Below the pieces are notes generated by a model. It was not told the DNA's origin. It searched no databases and saw only the letters and a list, made by a program, of their open reading frames with translations. Shown here one piece after another: positions 36,159-45,344 of a DNA stretch of 61,208 nucleotides. Positions within the stretch are counted from its first letter, which is position 1. Each line of letters opens with the position of its first letter. A program made the translations under genes and the position numbers. The DNA comes from a virus (Duplodnaviria; Caudoviricetes): the IMG/VR virus record IMGVR_UViG_3300009085_000030, positions 1 through 61,208 of that record; one strand, written 5' to 3'.

Positions 36159-36360
36159 GCTGGGCTCCCTGCATTTGTTTCGCGTATTCGAAGTGCCAGT
36201 CTGGCTGCCCGTACGGGAACCAGTCTCGGTCGCAGTAGAAGCAGCGCAGCTTCGGGTCCGTAGCTTCGAAGGTGTCGCTGTCAACAGCCACGCCACCACG
36301 GCAGCACCACGGGTGCATGTGACCATCGAACTGCGTCTCGTGGCGGTGGATCTTAGCCAT
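36151..36360 (-). CDS. Small Cys/His-containing hypothetical protein
   Basis: MAKIHRH...WCC...CFYC with GGAG RBS. Confidence 0.5.
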   Translation of the reverse strand: MAKIHRHETQFDGHMHPWCCRGGVAVDSDTFEATDPKLRCFYCDRDWFPYGQPDWHFEYAKQMQGAQHG

Positions 36361-36571
36361 GGTCAGCTCCCTTGGTTGCACGGTACGCGGCTTCGGCAGC
36401 ATCCGCAGCTTGCTCCGCTTTCGCGAAGTCGGCTTCGCTTTCGAAAATGAGTTCATCCCCGATAGCCGCGAGCGTGAAAGGCAGCATGGCTTCGTACCGG
36501 AGGACACAGATCCGCGCTGCTTCGGCTTCTTGATGAGCGTAGTGCGTAAGGTTCCAATAGGTGTCAACCAC
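36353..36571 (-). CDS. Hypothetical protein
   Basis: Tightly packed ORF with GGAGG RBS. Confidence 0.5.
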   Translation of the reverse strand: MVDTYWNLTHYAHQEAEAARICVLRYEAMLPFTLAAIGDELIFESEADFAKAEQAADAAEAAYRATKGADHG

Positions 36572-36881
36572 GGCCAGCCTCCACGTTGCGCGACCCGAAG
36601 CGCTCGCGCAGAAAAGCCTCGGCCTGTTCGACGCTGCGCAGGGTCACGTGTTCGGTGTGGGGCAGGTCACGGATGGCCGTCTTGTACACGATGGTGATGA
36701 AGCTCGGCCCGTAGACGCGGACGCTGCCATCGACCGACTCGGCGCGGCACAGCAAGATGCTGTAGTAGTTGTGACCCTCACGCGGCGGTTCGAACCCGCC
36801 AGCGTAGACTTGGTCGAGCTTGCATTCTCGAGCCACTGTCGCCAGCCGCTCGGCGGCGGCGAGACGTACGGATGTCTTCAC
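36564..36881 (-). CDS. Hypothetical protein
   Basis: AAGGAG RBS and overlap with neighbouring genes. Confidence 0.55.
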   Translation of the reverse strand: MKTSVRLAAAERLATVARECKLDQVYAGGFEPPREGHNYYSILLCRAESVDGSVRVYGPSFITIVYKTAIRDLPHTEHVTLRSVEQAEAFLRERFGSRNVEAGRG

Positions 36882-37108
36882 GGTTGTGCTCCTTGGTTGC
36901 GGATGTACCCTACCGGTTCGAGTAGGTCGTCCAGTTTGAATGGGCGGCAGCCAGTGGCGCAGCGGTTCTCGAACTCGAACTGCCGCACGTACTCGCTGGT
37001 GGATTGGCCGGTGTATTTAGGGAATGTGCGCGGCCCCGGGTTGCGCAGAGCCATGCGGCGCCCGGCCATCATGGCGGCGATCTTGCGCTTTTGCTCGGCG
37101 GGGCTCAT
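36878..37108 (-). CDS. Hypothetical protein (MSPAEQKRK...)
   Basis: ATGA overlap at 37105-37108. Confidence 0.5.
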   Translation of the reverse strand: MSPAEQKRKIAAMMAGRRMALRNPGPRTFPKYTGQSTSEYVRQFEFENRCATGCRPFKLDDLLEPVGYIRNQGAQP

Positions 37109-37434
37109 TGCGGCACCCGCTTGGTCTTGTGCGCCGTCAGCAGCAGTTTGATCACCGCCTTGGCCTCGGGGGTAACCTCGAGACCGCTGCGCCAGTAAAT
37201 CTTCACTGCGCGCAGCACCGGGTAGTTGTGCAGGAACTTGCCGTACTGGTGGGCGAAGACCGTGTCGCTGGCGGTGCACAGTGACACCCGCTGCGCCGTG
37301 ACCTCGTAAGACCCGCGCCCCCCATCGGTGGGGCGGGTAACGTTCATCGTCAGGTAGGTAACGATGCCATCCTTGATCCGCACCACGATGGCGCTGTGGT
37401 TGTTGGGATCGAGATAGCAGCCTGTGACTAGCAT
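37105..37434 (-). CDS. Hypothetical protein (MLVTGCYLDPNN...)
   Basis: AAGGAG RBS upstream of the ATG at 37434; first gene after a promoter candidate. Confidence 0.55.
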   Translation of the reverse strand: MLVTGCYLDPNNHSAIVVRIKDGIVTYLTMNVTRPTDGGRGSYEVTAQRVSLCTASDTVFAHQYGKFLHNYPVLRAVKIYWRSGLEVTPEAKAVIKLLLTAHKTKRVPQ

Positions 37435-37476
37435 GTCGGCTCCTTGGGTTGCGTGCCCGGTGGTGGGCACGCCCCA

Positions 37477-37506
37477 AGTATACAGCAACTGTTACTAGAC
37501 GGGCAA
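37477..37506 (-). promoter_or_regulatory. Sigma70-like promoter TTGCCC-N18-TATACT with ACAG-N3-CTGT palindrome
   Basis: Read directly on the minus strand. The same architecture recurs at 38441, 42606, 55432 and 60943. Confidence 0.6.
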
Positions 37507-38391
37507 GGGGGCGGCAGCGTCTGCCGGTGGGGCGGGCTTGCGTCGAATAGCGGATGACGCTTTCTTAGCAGGGTTTGCTTCCCGCACCACTTCCGTAACC
37601 CGTAGCTTTGCTTGCCCTACTGAAAGGCTTTTCTTCGGCTTGTGTTGCAGCAGAATATTTTTCTCGTTGAATGCCGTGAGCGCCTGCGCGAGCATTTCGA
37701 ATCTCGCCTGCCCATGGCCGTGACGGTACTTGTCTGTTGTCCAATCCACCAGCTTAGAAATAGAAGCAGGTTTCGTTTCTTCGGCAAGGATAAGCGCCTT
37801 GTACCCAGCTAAGATAGTAGGACGGTTCTCTTCTTTTGCCGCCATATACTGCACGACCACTGCGAGCAGACACGGGGCCGAGCTGAACTTTGGTCGGATG
37901 GTAGAGCAGTGCGTCATCACATCGTTGTACGCGCTGAACAGCCTATCCTGCATCGCGCGCACTTCGGTACCATCAAACTTGCAGCGGCCAGTGGCGACTG
38001 TCAAAGCCAGCACCCCTATCGCGGCGAAACGTTCAGTGGTCCGGGTTACGTCCCCCATAGATTTTGGTACGTGACGGTCGCTATGGTAGGCGTCTTCTTC
38101 GTCGCACCCTATCATCACGGGGCAGTCGAACCCCTTGCCGGTTTTGATGGCTGCACGCAGCCGGTGTTGCCCGTTGAACATGCGGCCGCTTTTTGTAATG
38201 CAGAGCATCGAATCGCTGACACCCCAGATCCCACGTTCCATCATCCTTGAAATGAAACTGACCGCAGACGGCTTGAGTTTTCGGTTATCGAAGTTGTACT
38301 TCTCCAGTAGAGCTTTGGCTAGTTCTACTGTAATATGTACGAGGAATACCTTTCGCTCAGTGGAAACGAATTCGTCAACGTGCATCGCCAT
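37495..38391 (-). CDS. ParB/Srx-like N-terminal domain protein
   Basis: ITVELAKALLE...NRKL...FNGQHRLRA motif. Visibly more AT-rich than the flanking DNA. Confidence 0.65.
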   Translation of the reverse strand: MAMHVDEFVSTERKVFLVHITVELAKALLEKYNFDNRKLKPSAVSFISRMMERGIWGVSDSMLCITKSGRMFNGQHRLRAAIKTGKGFDCPVMIGCDEEDAYHSDRHVPKSMGDVTRTTERFAAIGVLALTVATGRCKFDGTEVRAMQDRLFSAYNDVMTHCSTIRPKFSSAPCLLAVVVQYMAAKEENRPTILAGYKALILAEETKPASISKLVDWTTDKYRHGHGQARFEMLAQALTAFNEKNILLQHKPKKSLSVGQAKLRVTEVVREANPAKKASSAIRRKPAPPADAAAPLPV

Positions 38392-38440
38392 GTCTTGCTC
38401 CTGTTGGTTGCGGGTTACGTGCCCACGCCGGGCACGCCCC

Positions 38441-38470
38441 AGTGTACAGCTACTGTGTATGGAATAGCAA
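38441..38470 (-). promoter_or_regulatory. Sigma70-like promoter TTGCTA-N18-TACACT with ACAG-N3-CTGT palindrome
   Basis: Minus-strand motif upstream of the ParB-like gene, followed by the same CGTGCCC..GGGCACG hairpin as at 37452. Confidence 0.6.
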
Positions 38471-38475
38471 CGGGG

Positions 38476-38952
38476 CTATACGTAAGGCTCGCGTAGGTTG
38501 AGGAGCTTGTTAGCCACGGCGACAACTTCAGGTTTTTGAAGGGCAGTGCAGTTCGTATAGTGTTCTGGGCTGTACACGAACGGGTTGTGATCCGTACTAC
38601 CCTGGACATAGTCCCCGTTTTTGTAGAAACCTTTATGTCCGCGCTGCCCCACTACATGCCCGAGGCTCTCTATGTCCGGCCATATCGAAACGCACTGTGC
38701 GTACAGGTCTGCGACTTCTGGGACCTTCCGCATGCGTCTAGCTATGTATTCCCCATTCTCCTGTAGCCTAAACTCCCCATTAGTGAGTACGAAGCCGTTT
38801 TCTTGCTCGATACGTACCTGTATGGCGCGCTTGACTGCTCGCCCTGCTACGGTGCTCATCCAGCGTACTTGCACACCGCCGTTCCCTTTCTTTCTCTTAG
38901 TCTTAGTGCGCTTTTTCTTCCGCAGCATTTCACCGCTATCTTTGGTGGACAT
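38476..38952 (-). CDS. Hypothetical protein with Lys-rich N-terminus
   Basis: 158-aa ORF in an AT-richer segment. Confidence 0.5.
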   Translation of the reverse strand: MSTKDSGEMLRKKKRTKTKRKKGNGGVQVRWMSTVAGRAVKRAIQVRIEQENGFVLTNGEFRLQENGEYIARRMRKVPEVADLYAQCVSIWPDIESLGHVVGQRGHKGFYKNGDYVQGSTDHNPFVYSPEHYTNCTALQKPEVVAVANKLLNLREPYV

Positions 38953-38963
38953 GCCCCACCCCT

Positions 38964-39125
38964 CTACGCAGCGGCGATCATCAGCGCGCCGAGGCCACCG
39001 ATAACCGCGCCCATGAAGAAGATGAGTATGGCCGCTGGCACGGCGGCGATTGCCATCTTGATAAACAGACCAACGAGGTCGCCAATTGAAATGTCGACGC
39101 CAGTGATGCGGACATTGTTGTCCAT
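38964..39125 (-). CDS. Small membrane protein (MDNNVRITGVDISIGDLV...)
   Basis: AGGAG RBS and hydrophobic C-terminal half. Confidence 0.55.
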   Translation of the reverse strand: MDNNVRITGVDISIGDLVGLFIKMAIAAVPAAILIFFMGAVIGGLGALMIAAA

Positions 39126-39364
39126 TACTTTGCTCCTAGGGTTTGGCCGCAAGCGTGGCACACCGGCACTGGCCGGATCGCCTCTTGCAGCTTTTGCAAC
39201 GTGACAGGGTTGACGATGCGCCGCCATGCGGGCGCCCGGTGCTTGCCGTAGACACGGATCTCGGCCTCGATGATCGAAAGGTCGTTGTCCAACCGGGCAC
39301 GGTACTGCCGCCCGTTGAACACGAACTCGGTCCACTGCCACCATGGCGGCTGCATCGGAATCAC
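39125..39364 (-). CDS. Hypothetical protein with C-terminal CxxC
   Basis: AAGGAG RBS; VCHACGQ motif. Confidence 0.5.
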   Translation of the reverse strand: MIPMQPPWWQWTEFVFNGRQYRARLDNDLSIIEAEIRVYGKHRAPAWRRIVNPVTLQKLQEAIRPVPVCHACGQTLGAK

Positions 39365-39366
39365 AC

Positions 39367-39756
39367 TTACTCCTTACTCTTTTTCTCGACTACCCAGGTC
39401 GTCCGCTTGGCAGTGGCAACCGGCTTGAGGTCGGGCAGCATCGCGGTGAAGCACCCGCTCTGGTAGAAATCGACGCGGTGGCTTTTGTCTCGCACGACGG
39501 AATCCAGCCGATCACAGAACACGTGGTGCCCGTCGGGGTAGACATCGTTCGGTCCGTGACCGGTGCCGCCCCCATCGGTGGCAGTGCTGTAGACCACGTA
39601 CCGCCCGGCGAGGTAGGCCAGATCGCCCTCGATTTTCACGTGCGCCTTGACCAGCCTGAAGTCTCCCTTGCAGTCGCTGTAGAGAAAGTGCCTAGGCACC
39701 GAAGCGTAGACTTCGTGCCCCACCTTCAGCTCGATGACGTCGCCTTCTTTGAGCAT
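39367..39756 (-). CDS. Conserved phage hypothetical protein
   Basis: GGGTGHGPNDVYPDGHHVFC...FYQSGCF motif; operon context. Confidence 0.6.
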   Translation of the reverse strand: MLKEGDVIELKVGHEVYASVPRHFLYSDCKGDFRLVKAHVKIEGDLAYLAGRYVVYSTATDGGGTGHGPNDVYPDGHHVFCDRLDSVVRDKSHRVDFYQSGCFTAMLPDLKPVATAKRTTWVVEKKSKE

Positions 39757-39770
39757 GGCAGGGCACCCCT

Positions 39771-41186
39771 TTAAGTGTGAATACGCCTGGGGCCGCGCGG
39801 GGGCGTCGGTTCGTCGGGCGGGCTATCGGGGCCAGGGTTGCCCTCGTCGGCGCCAGCGCTGGGGCCGCTGGCGGGCTTGGTGCCCCCCAAGCGGGCCGCG
39901 ATGGCAGCACCCTCGGGGGTTTGTGCCAGCGCCGCGAGCATGCCCGTCAGGCTGGTGCCGCCGGCCGGGGTAAACAGGTCGGTCAGCTTCGCCACCCCGC
40001 CCGCGACTTCCCCATTGGTCGAGATGACCTTGAGGTCGGCCTTCTCGAGTGCGACGGACATTGCCTTGCCGACACCTTCCGCCGCTTCGACTTGGCGCAG
40101 CGTGACGAGGTAGGTCTGGTACCCGGCGTTCTCGCCAATCTCCTTGGCAAGCGTGATCTGCGCGGTCACCGGCGCCATGAGCAACAACTCCTGCGCCTTA
40201 GCAGTCGCTTCGCCCGTGACCAGTGTGCCCTCGGCTTCGTTCTTGGTCTGGGCCAGCACACCCTGCGAGCGAAGCTCCACTGCCTGCCGCTCTGCCTCGG
40301 CCCGGGTAACTTCCACCTGCTTGGCAATCTCGGCGGCGCGGGTGTCCTTGACGCGCAGCACTTCCATGTCCTTCTCAGCAGTGACGGCGGCTTCGCTGGC
40401 GATCTCCTGCTTGGCCTGCTCCTTGGCGATGCCGACAGCGCGCTCCTGTGTGGCGGTGCGCTCACCGACTTGCTGAGTGGCCTGCTGCGTGCCCAGGTCG
40501 ACTTCTCGAGCCGCCTCGATCTCGGCCAGTTGCGCGGCGCGATTGTTCTCCGCGACGACGGTGCGGCTTTCCTTGTCGATACGGCTCTGGTGCTTCGCCA
40601 TGATGTTGGCGATCACGTGGGACTTGGGTGTGTCGCGCAAGTCCATGAACTCGATGGTCTTCACGGTTCGCACGCCCCACTCGGTCCGCGCTTGCAGGTC
40701 GACTTCGTTCGTGAACTGCTGGCCCAGTTCGCCGCGAATCTCCATGATCTGTTCGAGCGTGTTCATCGCCAGGATGCGCCGCACCGAGCCTTGCAGTACC
40801 GCGGTCAGTTGCTCTTCGAGTTCACTGAACGAAGACACACGCTGCGCCGCGACACCCGAGTCCTCGACCCGGAAGAACGCAACTACGTCCACAATGAACG
40901 GGAGTCGGTTCGTATCGTACGCCTCGTACCCGTTGAGCGGCACCGAGAATATGCTCTCTGGGAACTCGAAGACCACGACGCCGAAGTACGGCACCCAGGA
41001 GGGCCACGCATAGTACGTGTTCCCGGCGTCTTTGCCCTTGCCGTATGAAGTGGTCTTTCGCGTGGACTGCACGATGTGGACCATGTTGGTGGGCACCACT
41101 CGGCGGAAGATCGCGGCCAGGAGCAGCGCCCCGAACGCGACGGCGATGAGGGCAACGATGCCCCCGGTGTATATCAGGTATTCCAT
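39771..41186 (-). CDS. SPFH/band-7 flotillin-like membrane protein
   Basis: N-terminal TM, FRRVVPTNMVHIVQS, VDVVAFFRV, LQGSVRRILA, and an AE-rich coiled-coil flotillin region. Confidence 0.85.
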   Translation of the reverse strand: MEYLIYTGGIVALIAVAFGALLLAAIFRRVVPTNMVHIVQSTRKTTSYGKGKDAGNTYYAWPSWVPYFGVVVFEFPESIFSVPLNGYEAYDTNRLPFIVDVVAFFRVEDSGVAAQRVSSFSELEEQLTAVLQGSVRRILAMNTLEQIMEIRGELGQQFTNEVDLQARTEWGVRTVKTIEFMDLRDTPKSHVIANIMAKHQSRIDKESRTVVAENNRAAQLAEIEAAREVDLGTQQATQQVGERTATQERAVGIAKEQAKQEIASEAAVTAEKDMEVLRVKDTRAAEIAKQVEVTRAEAERQAVELRSQGVLAQTKNEAEGTLVTGEATAKAQELLLMAPVTAQITLAKEIGENAGYQTYLVTLRQVEAAEGVGKAMSVALEKADLKVISTNGEVAGGVAKLTDLFTPAGGTSLTGMLAALAQTPEGAAIAARLGGTKPASGPSAGADEGNPGPDSPPDEPTPPRGPRRIHT

Positions 41187-41214
41187 GGTAGGGGTTTTCC
41201 TTGGTTAGGGGTTT

Positions 41215-41571
41215 TCAGAGACGAGCGCTTGCGGCCATGACCGCACCCTCGAACTGGGCGCGATCCACTTCAGCGCACAGGTTGGCGGACACCTTCCAGC
41301 GTGTGCCGTCAACGGTGGCGCCGTAGACGACGCCGGCCGGCGTCACCTTTTCGACTTTCAGCATGATGGTCCGGCCATCCTTGCGGCTCACGAACTTGAC
41401 GTACTCGGCATCGGCCAGCTTCTGGCCGACGGCGGCGCGTTGCAGCTTCGACTGCATGTTGATGAACCTGACGAGCCGCTTGTTCAGCATCGTCATCTGC
41501 GGCAAGTTCAACTGGTCGCGCACTTGGCGAAACACTTGGTTGACCAGGATTTCGTTTTCGTCAATCTTCAC
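41215..41571 (-). CDS. Hypothetical protein (possible SH3-like C-terminus)
   Basis: AAGGAG RBS; VKFVSRKDGRTIMLKVEKV...WKVSANL. Confidence 0.55.
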   Translation of the reverse strand: MKIDENEILVNQVFRQVRDQLNLPQMTMLNKRLVRFINMQSKLQRAAVGQKLADAEYVKFVSRKDGRTIMLKVEKVTPAGVVYGATVDGTRWKVSANLCAEVDRAQFEGAVMAASARL

Positions 41572-41644
41572 GGGTTGCTCCTTGGTTGGGGGAGGGGGAC
41601 TGCGTTACCGGCGGCACGATTACCACCGGTAACCGATTCAGGGT

Positions 41645-42544
41645 TCAGATGATGTCGTCAGCGTCGGCCGTCTTCTTGGCGGTGGCCTTCTTGCTGCTGG
41701 CCTGCGCCTTGGCAATCGTCTGCACGGCGAGCGACCAGAGCTTGGTGTTCACCTCGACGTCACGCTCGATGCGGCCGATGCCTCGCGTCATCACGACGCG
41801 GCCATCCTCGGCGGTGGTCTCGTTGCCGCCGCGCAGCATGTTCTCCTGGATGCGGTTGAACACGTGCCACAGGTCGAACTTGTCATCTTCCTTGCGGCGG
41901 GGCACCAGCAGGGTCTCGGGGGCCAGGATGGCCGCACGCGGCGGGCGGAACGTGACCGCCTGCTTGGCGAACGCGAGCGCCGTCTTGGGCGTCAGCTCGG
42001 TCTTGAGCATGTCGCCCCGCAGCCGGTAGACCCCGTCGATGCACTTGATCAGCTCGAGACTGCGGTCGACGACGTTCTCGACCATGCGGATGGTGTGGTG
42101 CACCTTGATCGGCGTCACCTCGGCGCCATCGCTGACGATCATGCCATTGTCGCAGATTAGCCGGTACATCGCGGCGTACAGGTGGAAGCCGCTCGACCGG
42201 TCGTGCGAGTTGAGCATCATCACCTGCGGCACAACGTCGCCGCGCTTCACCTTGCCGATCAAGCCGGTCGGGCGGAACTTGAGCATGTGCTTGGTGAACG
42301 GCATGCGCTCGAGATCGCGGCGCTGCGACTGCCGCACTTCCACGATGTCAAAGCCGGTGTCGCGCATGGCGTCGATCACCGTCTTGGTGTTGACGAAGCC
42401 GTACTTCTCGCTCACACCGGGCATGCCGCCCTTGGCGAAGATGGTGGGGGCGAACTCCTTGAGTTGCCGGTCGCTGATCGGGTCCAGTTGCGGGTTGCGC
42501 AGGACCTGGGTATTGCCGATCTTGATCGCGTCGAACGATGCCAT
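41645..42544 (-). CDS. DUF932/DUF945 family protein
   Basis: APTIFA...SEKYGFVNT, FTKHMLKFR, NSHDRSSGFHLYAAMYRLICDNGMIV and DLWHVFNRIQENMLRGG motifs. Confidence 0.88.
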   Translation of the reverse strand: MASFDAIKIGNTQVLRNPQLDPISDRQLKEFAPTIFAKGGMPGVSEKYGFVNTKTVIDAMRDTGFDIVEVRQSQRRDLERMPFTKHMLKFRPTGLIGKVKRGDVVPQVMMLNSHDRSSGFHLYAAMYRLICDNGMIVSDGAEVTPIKVHHTIRMVENVVDRSLELIKCIDGVYRLRGDMLKTELTPKTALAFAKQAVTFRPPRAAILAPETLLVPRRKEDDKFDLWHVFNRIQENMLRGGNETTAEDGRVVMTRGIGRIERDVEVNTKLWSLAVQTIAKAQASSKKATAKKTADADDII

Positions 42545-42605
42545 TGCGTGCTCCTGATAGAGGGTTTGGGTTGCCGCCGATCCAACGATTGGACCGGCTG
42601 CACCC

Positions 42606-42635
42606 AGTATACACGCACTGTATCGTGACTTGCTA
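42606..42635 (-). promoter_or_regulatory. Promoter candidate (TAGCAA-N18-TATACT) upstream of DUF932
   Basis: Same -10 element and a variant ACAC-GCA-CTGT palindrome. Confidence 0.5.
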
Positions 42636-42642
42636 GTGCCTT

Positions 42643-43308
42643 TTATCGGTCCTGGTCTACGTAGGCCGGGGTGGCTTCGCTGCCATCATCGAGCGGGGCA
42701 GGGCGCGGGCACTGGTGCACGCTGCTGGGCACCACACCGTCCATGGCTTGGAAGTACGTGCCGCACACGCGGCACTTCCAAAGCACGCGCCCGTCGCCCC
42801 AGTAGCCCTCAGGCCCGAAGCGGCTATCCATGGCCGCAGCGATATGGACGGGCACGTTCGTGAGCCCTTCGGGGCGCGGGGCCGGCGCCGATTCTTCGGC
42901 GTACTGCTGCTTGAGTATAAAGTCCAGCAACCCGTACGCGTGGCGCAAGTCTGCGACGCTGGTGGCGTTGGCTGTGAACATCATGAACCGAGATTCGAGT
43001 GCCGCACCCTCGACGTCAATGTCGTTGGCATCGAAGAACCTGTTGAGCATCTCGCTGCGCGCGATCATGACCAGATGCGGCGGCTCGATGGGCGGAGGCA
43101 TGCGGTCGTGTTCAATGAGTTCGATCAGCTTCTCGAGGTAGTGTCCTGCTTTGAGAATGTCCTCGCGGCCGTTCTTCTTGCGGTGCCTCGTGACGTACTT
43201 CGTCGCGTTGGCGACGTAGTAGTTCAACTGGAGATCGGCCACAAGGTCCCAGTGCTGGTAGTCCGCTTTGTAGTGCGAGCCACCGTGTTGGATTGCGTTC
43301 ACTGTCAT
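42643..43308 (-). CDS. DUF3310 (T7 gp1.7-like nucleotide kinase family) domain protein with C-terminal Zn-ribbon-like motif
   Basis: QHGGSHY...NATKYVTRHRKKNGREDILKAGHYL; C-terminal CRVC...HQC. Confidence 0.75.
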   Translation of the reverse strand: MTVNAIQHGGSHYKADYQHWDLVADLQLNYYVANATKYVTRHRKKNGREDILKAGHYLEKLIELIEHDRMPPPIEPPHLVMIARSEMLNRFFDANDIDVEGAALESRFMMFTANATSVADLRHAYGLLDFILKQQYAEESAPAPRPEGLTNVPVHIAAAMDSRFGPEGYWGDGRVLWKCRVCGTYFQAMDGVVPSSVHQCPRPAPLDDGSEATPAYVDQDR

Positions 43309-43889
43309 GCGAGTATTCCCCGATAAAGTCTGTCGTAAAGAACGTGCCGCACGGCAGCCGTTACACCTTCATACAGTTCGGTGGCGGGCGTCGTGTCACC
43401 GCATACTACCGGAGCCGGCATCTCGGCCAGCCACTCCGTGATACGAATCAGGTACTCGTCGAAGAAACGGTTACCCATGGTAACCTCTTCGAGCGCGTAC
43501 AGGGCAAAGTCCATGCGGTCACACCACAGCAAGATGTGCTGTTCCTCGGCGTCGATTTCATAGCGCACGCCCATGTCATGTTCCCACTTGGTGCTGAGCT
43601 CGTTGAGCATGCGCTTCAAGTCTGGGTTGTGGCGCTTCACAGGCGCAGGTACGTCACCGGTGGCGATCTCGCTAAGGTCGTGCACCAGTGCAGCGGCCAG
43701 CAGCGCCGCTGACGGGGTGTAGCCGATCCGCTCGTATAGCGCCAGGACCAGCATCGCCACGCCATGCGAATGCTCCGCCACGTTGCGGTCCATCAACGTG
43801 CGGCAGGTATGCGAGCGCTTGACCACGCCCGCATCGCGCAGCGTCAATACCCGCTCGGTGATCGAGTTGAGCTTCGGGCGAATATTCAC
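43305..43889 (-). CDS. HD-domain phosphohydrolase (YfbR/5'-deoxynucleotidase-like)
   Basis: NVAEHSHGVA...ALVHDLSEIATGDVPAPVK...WCDRMD. GTG start at 43889 overlaps the upstream stop. Confidence 0.85.
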   Translation of the reverse strand: MNIRPKLNSITERVLTLRDAGVVKRSHTCRTLMDRNVAEHSHGVAMLVLALYERIGYTPSAALLAAALVHDLSEIATGDVPAPVKRHNPDLKRMLNELSTKWEHDMGVRYEIDAEEQHILLWCDRMDFALYALEEVTMGNRFFDEYLIRITEWLAEMPAPVVCGDTTPATELYEGVTAAVRHVLYDRLYRGILA

Positions 43890-44962
43890 AGCTTCGGCCC
43901 CCCAGTCTGTGCGGCGGCGCGGCGCCGGTCGATCCACTGCTGGCCGGCGTGATGCCAATCGAACTCTGTGGGCGAGAACCACTCGACCGGGGTTTCGCGG
44001 TACGCGTGCTTGACCAGCATCGGTTTCACGATGCGCGTGAAGAACCAGGACTGGAACTTCTTGTCACAGATGGCGCTAGCAAAGTCACTGACGTCGTTGC
44101 TTCCATCAGCGATGTGGAATAGCAGTTGGAGGTCCCAGTCGAACTCTTCGATTGTGCGGGATCGCCCCGCTGGACTAAGCATGCTCGTCTGGACCATGGT
44201 GCACCCCGGCCAGAGGTCGTACGGGCACGGCGCGACGTAGACCCCGGCGCGGTGCGTCTCGATCCAGCGTTGCCAGTAGGGGTTGTCCGTGTAGACATGC
44301 AGGTTGTGGCTCATCTGGGTGTAGCGGCCGACGCCCACGCCGATACACTCCGCCATGTACTCCTGCAGGAAGCTGAACTGCACAGCGTTGGCGCCGTACG
44401 CGCCCCAGACTGCGTCGTTGCTGCGGCAGCAGACCGTGATGTCGAGCAACATGCGGCTGGAATGGAACGAACCGTCGTCGTGGCGCACGCGCAGCATCAC
44501 CATGTCATTGCACGGGATATCCAGCTTCGTCGCGCCCAGGTCGCGGTCTGTGTCCCAAAGCTGCAAGACCGCCTGCCGGCTGTACGGGTTCTTGATCAGG
44601 ATGTTGCACGCCTTCGTAATCTGGTCGCCGTGCAGGTGACGCAACCGGTACCCGTACGCGCCGTGGAAAGAATCGCCGTCGTCGCTGTAGTTGATCATCC
44701 GCGAGTTGTACCAAGCGAGAGTGCGTACGTCCCGGCGACCGGCCAGTATCCACAATGCCTCGAACAAGTGGAAGAAGGGGTTGGCGTCCCGCTCGGCGTC
44801 GAACAGCACGCGGCGGCGCGGCTCGCGGTAAGTGGTGGCGACGGGGCTAGGAGCCACCAGTGCGGGGCCGTTGCGCGTGCTTTCGAGCGTGCCGCAGTCG
44901 CGCAGGTACGCCAGCGCCCGGGGCAGCGCTTCGTTCACATCGCGCACGTTCATAGTGTGCAT
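43886..44962 (-). CDS. Thymidylate synthase-family dUMP hydroxymethylase
   Basis: RDANPFFHLFEALWILAGR, SRQAVLQLWD, catalytic DIPCN, RSNDAVWGAYGAN (Asn at the uracil-specificity position) and NLHVY. Confidence 0.85.
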   Translation of the reverse strand: MHTMNVRDVNEALPRALAYLRDCGTLESTRNGPALVAPSPVATTYREPRRRVLFDAERDANPFFHLFEALWILAGRRDVRTLAWYNSRMINYSDDGDSFHGAYGYRLRHLHGDQITKACNILIKNPYSRQAVLQLWDTDRDLGATKLDIPCNDMVMLRVRHDDGSFHSSRMLLDITVCCRSNDAVWGAYGANAVQFSFLQEYMAECIGVGVGRYTQMSHNLHVYTDNPYWQRWIETHRAGVYVAPCPYDLWPGCTMVQTSMLSPAGRSRTIEEFDWDLQLLFHIADGSNDVSDFASAICDKKFQSWFFTRIVKPMLVKHAYRETPVEWFSPTEFDWHHAGQQWIDRRRAAAQTGGPKL

Positions 44963-45029
44963 GGGTTCAGTACTCCATTGGTTGGGTGGGGTTTCGATTG
45001 TAGGTGTACAGCCGTTGTGGAGCAAGCGG

Positions 45030-45344
45030 CTACAGGAAAGCCGGGGTGCGGTCTATGTACTGGTCGAACGGGCCGAAGTCTGCCTTGTATAGCTTCATGA
45101 ATTGTGCGTACAAGCTGGGGTGCGTGATGATCGTACCATCGGCCATCCGGTACGCGCACGGTTGAAGCTTGGTGCCGTAACGCTTGCCCCACTTCTTGTT
45201 GATGCGACGGTGGTACTGCTGTGTCTGGTTGCGGCGCTTCTTGTGGACCTTGGCCTGCACTTGCTGGACACACAGGTCATTCTGTAATAGCTTCGTTCCT
45301 AGTAGTGCCGTCGGGCGGAGAATGTCCATGTCGCCGTACCTCAT
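45030..45344 (-). CDS. Basic hypothetical protein
   Basis: RRINKKWGKRYG motif; ATGA overlap. Confidence 0.55.
   Translation of the reverse strand: MRYGDMDILRPTALLGTKLLQNDLCVQQVQAKVHKKRRNQTQQYHRRINKKWGKRYGTKLQPCAYRMADGTIITHPSLYAQFMKLYKADFGPFDQYIDRTPAFL

Noticed and set aside
37482-37492. LexA SOS box
   Set aside because: The motif is ACAG-N3-CTGT, which has the wrong orientation and spacing for CTGT-N8-ACAG.
43886-44962. Ordinary thyA or dCMP hydroxymethylase
   Set aside because: The RSNDxxWGxxGAN pattern with Asn and the neighbouring hmdU kinase and transferase genes favour a dUMP hydroxymethylase. Not verified biochemically.
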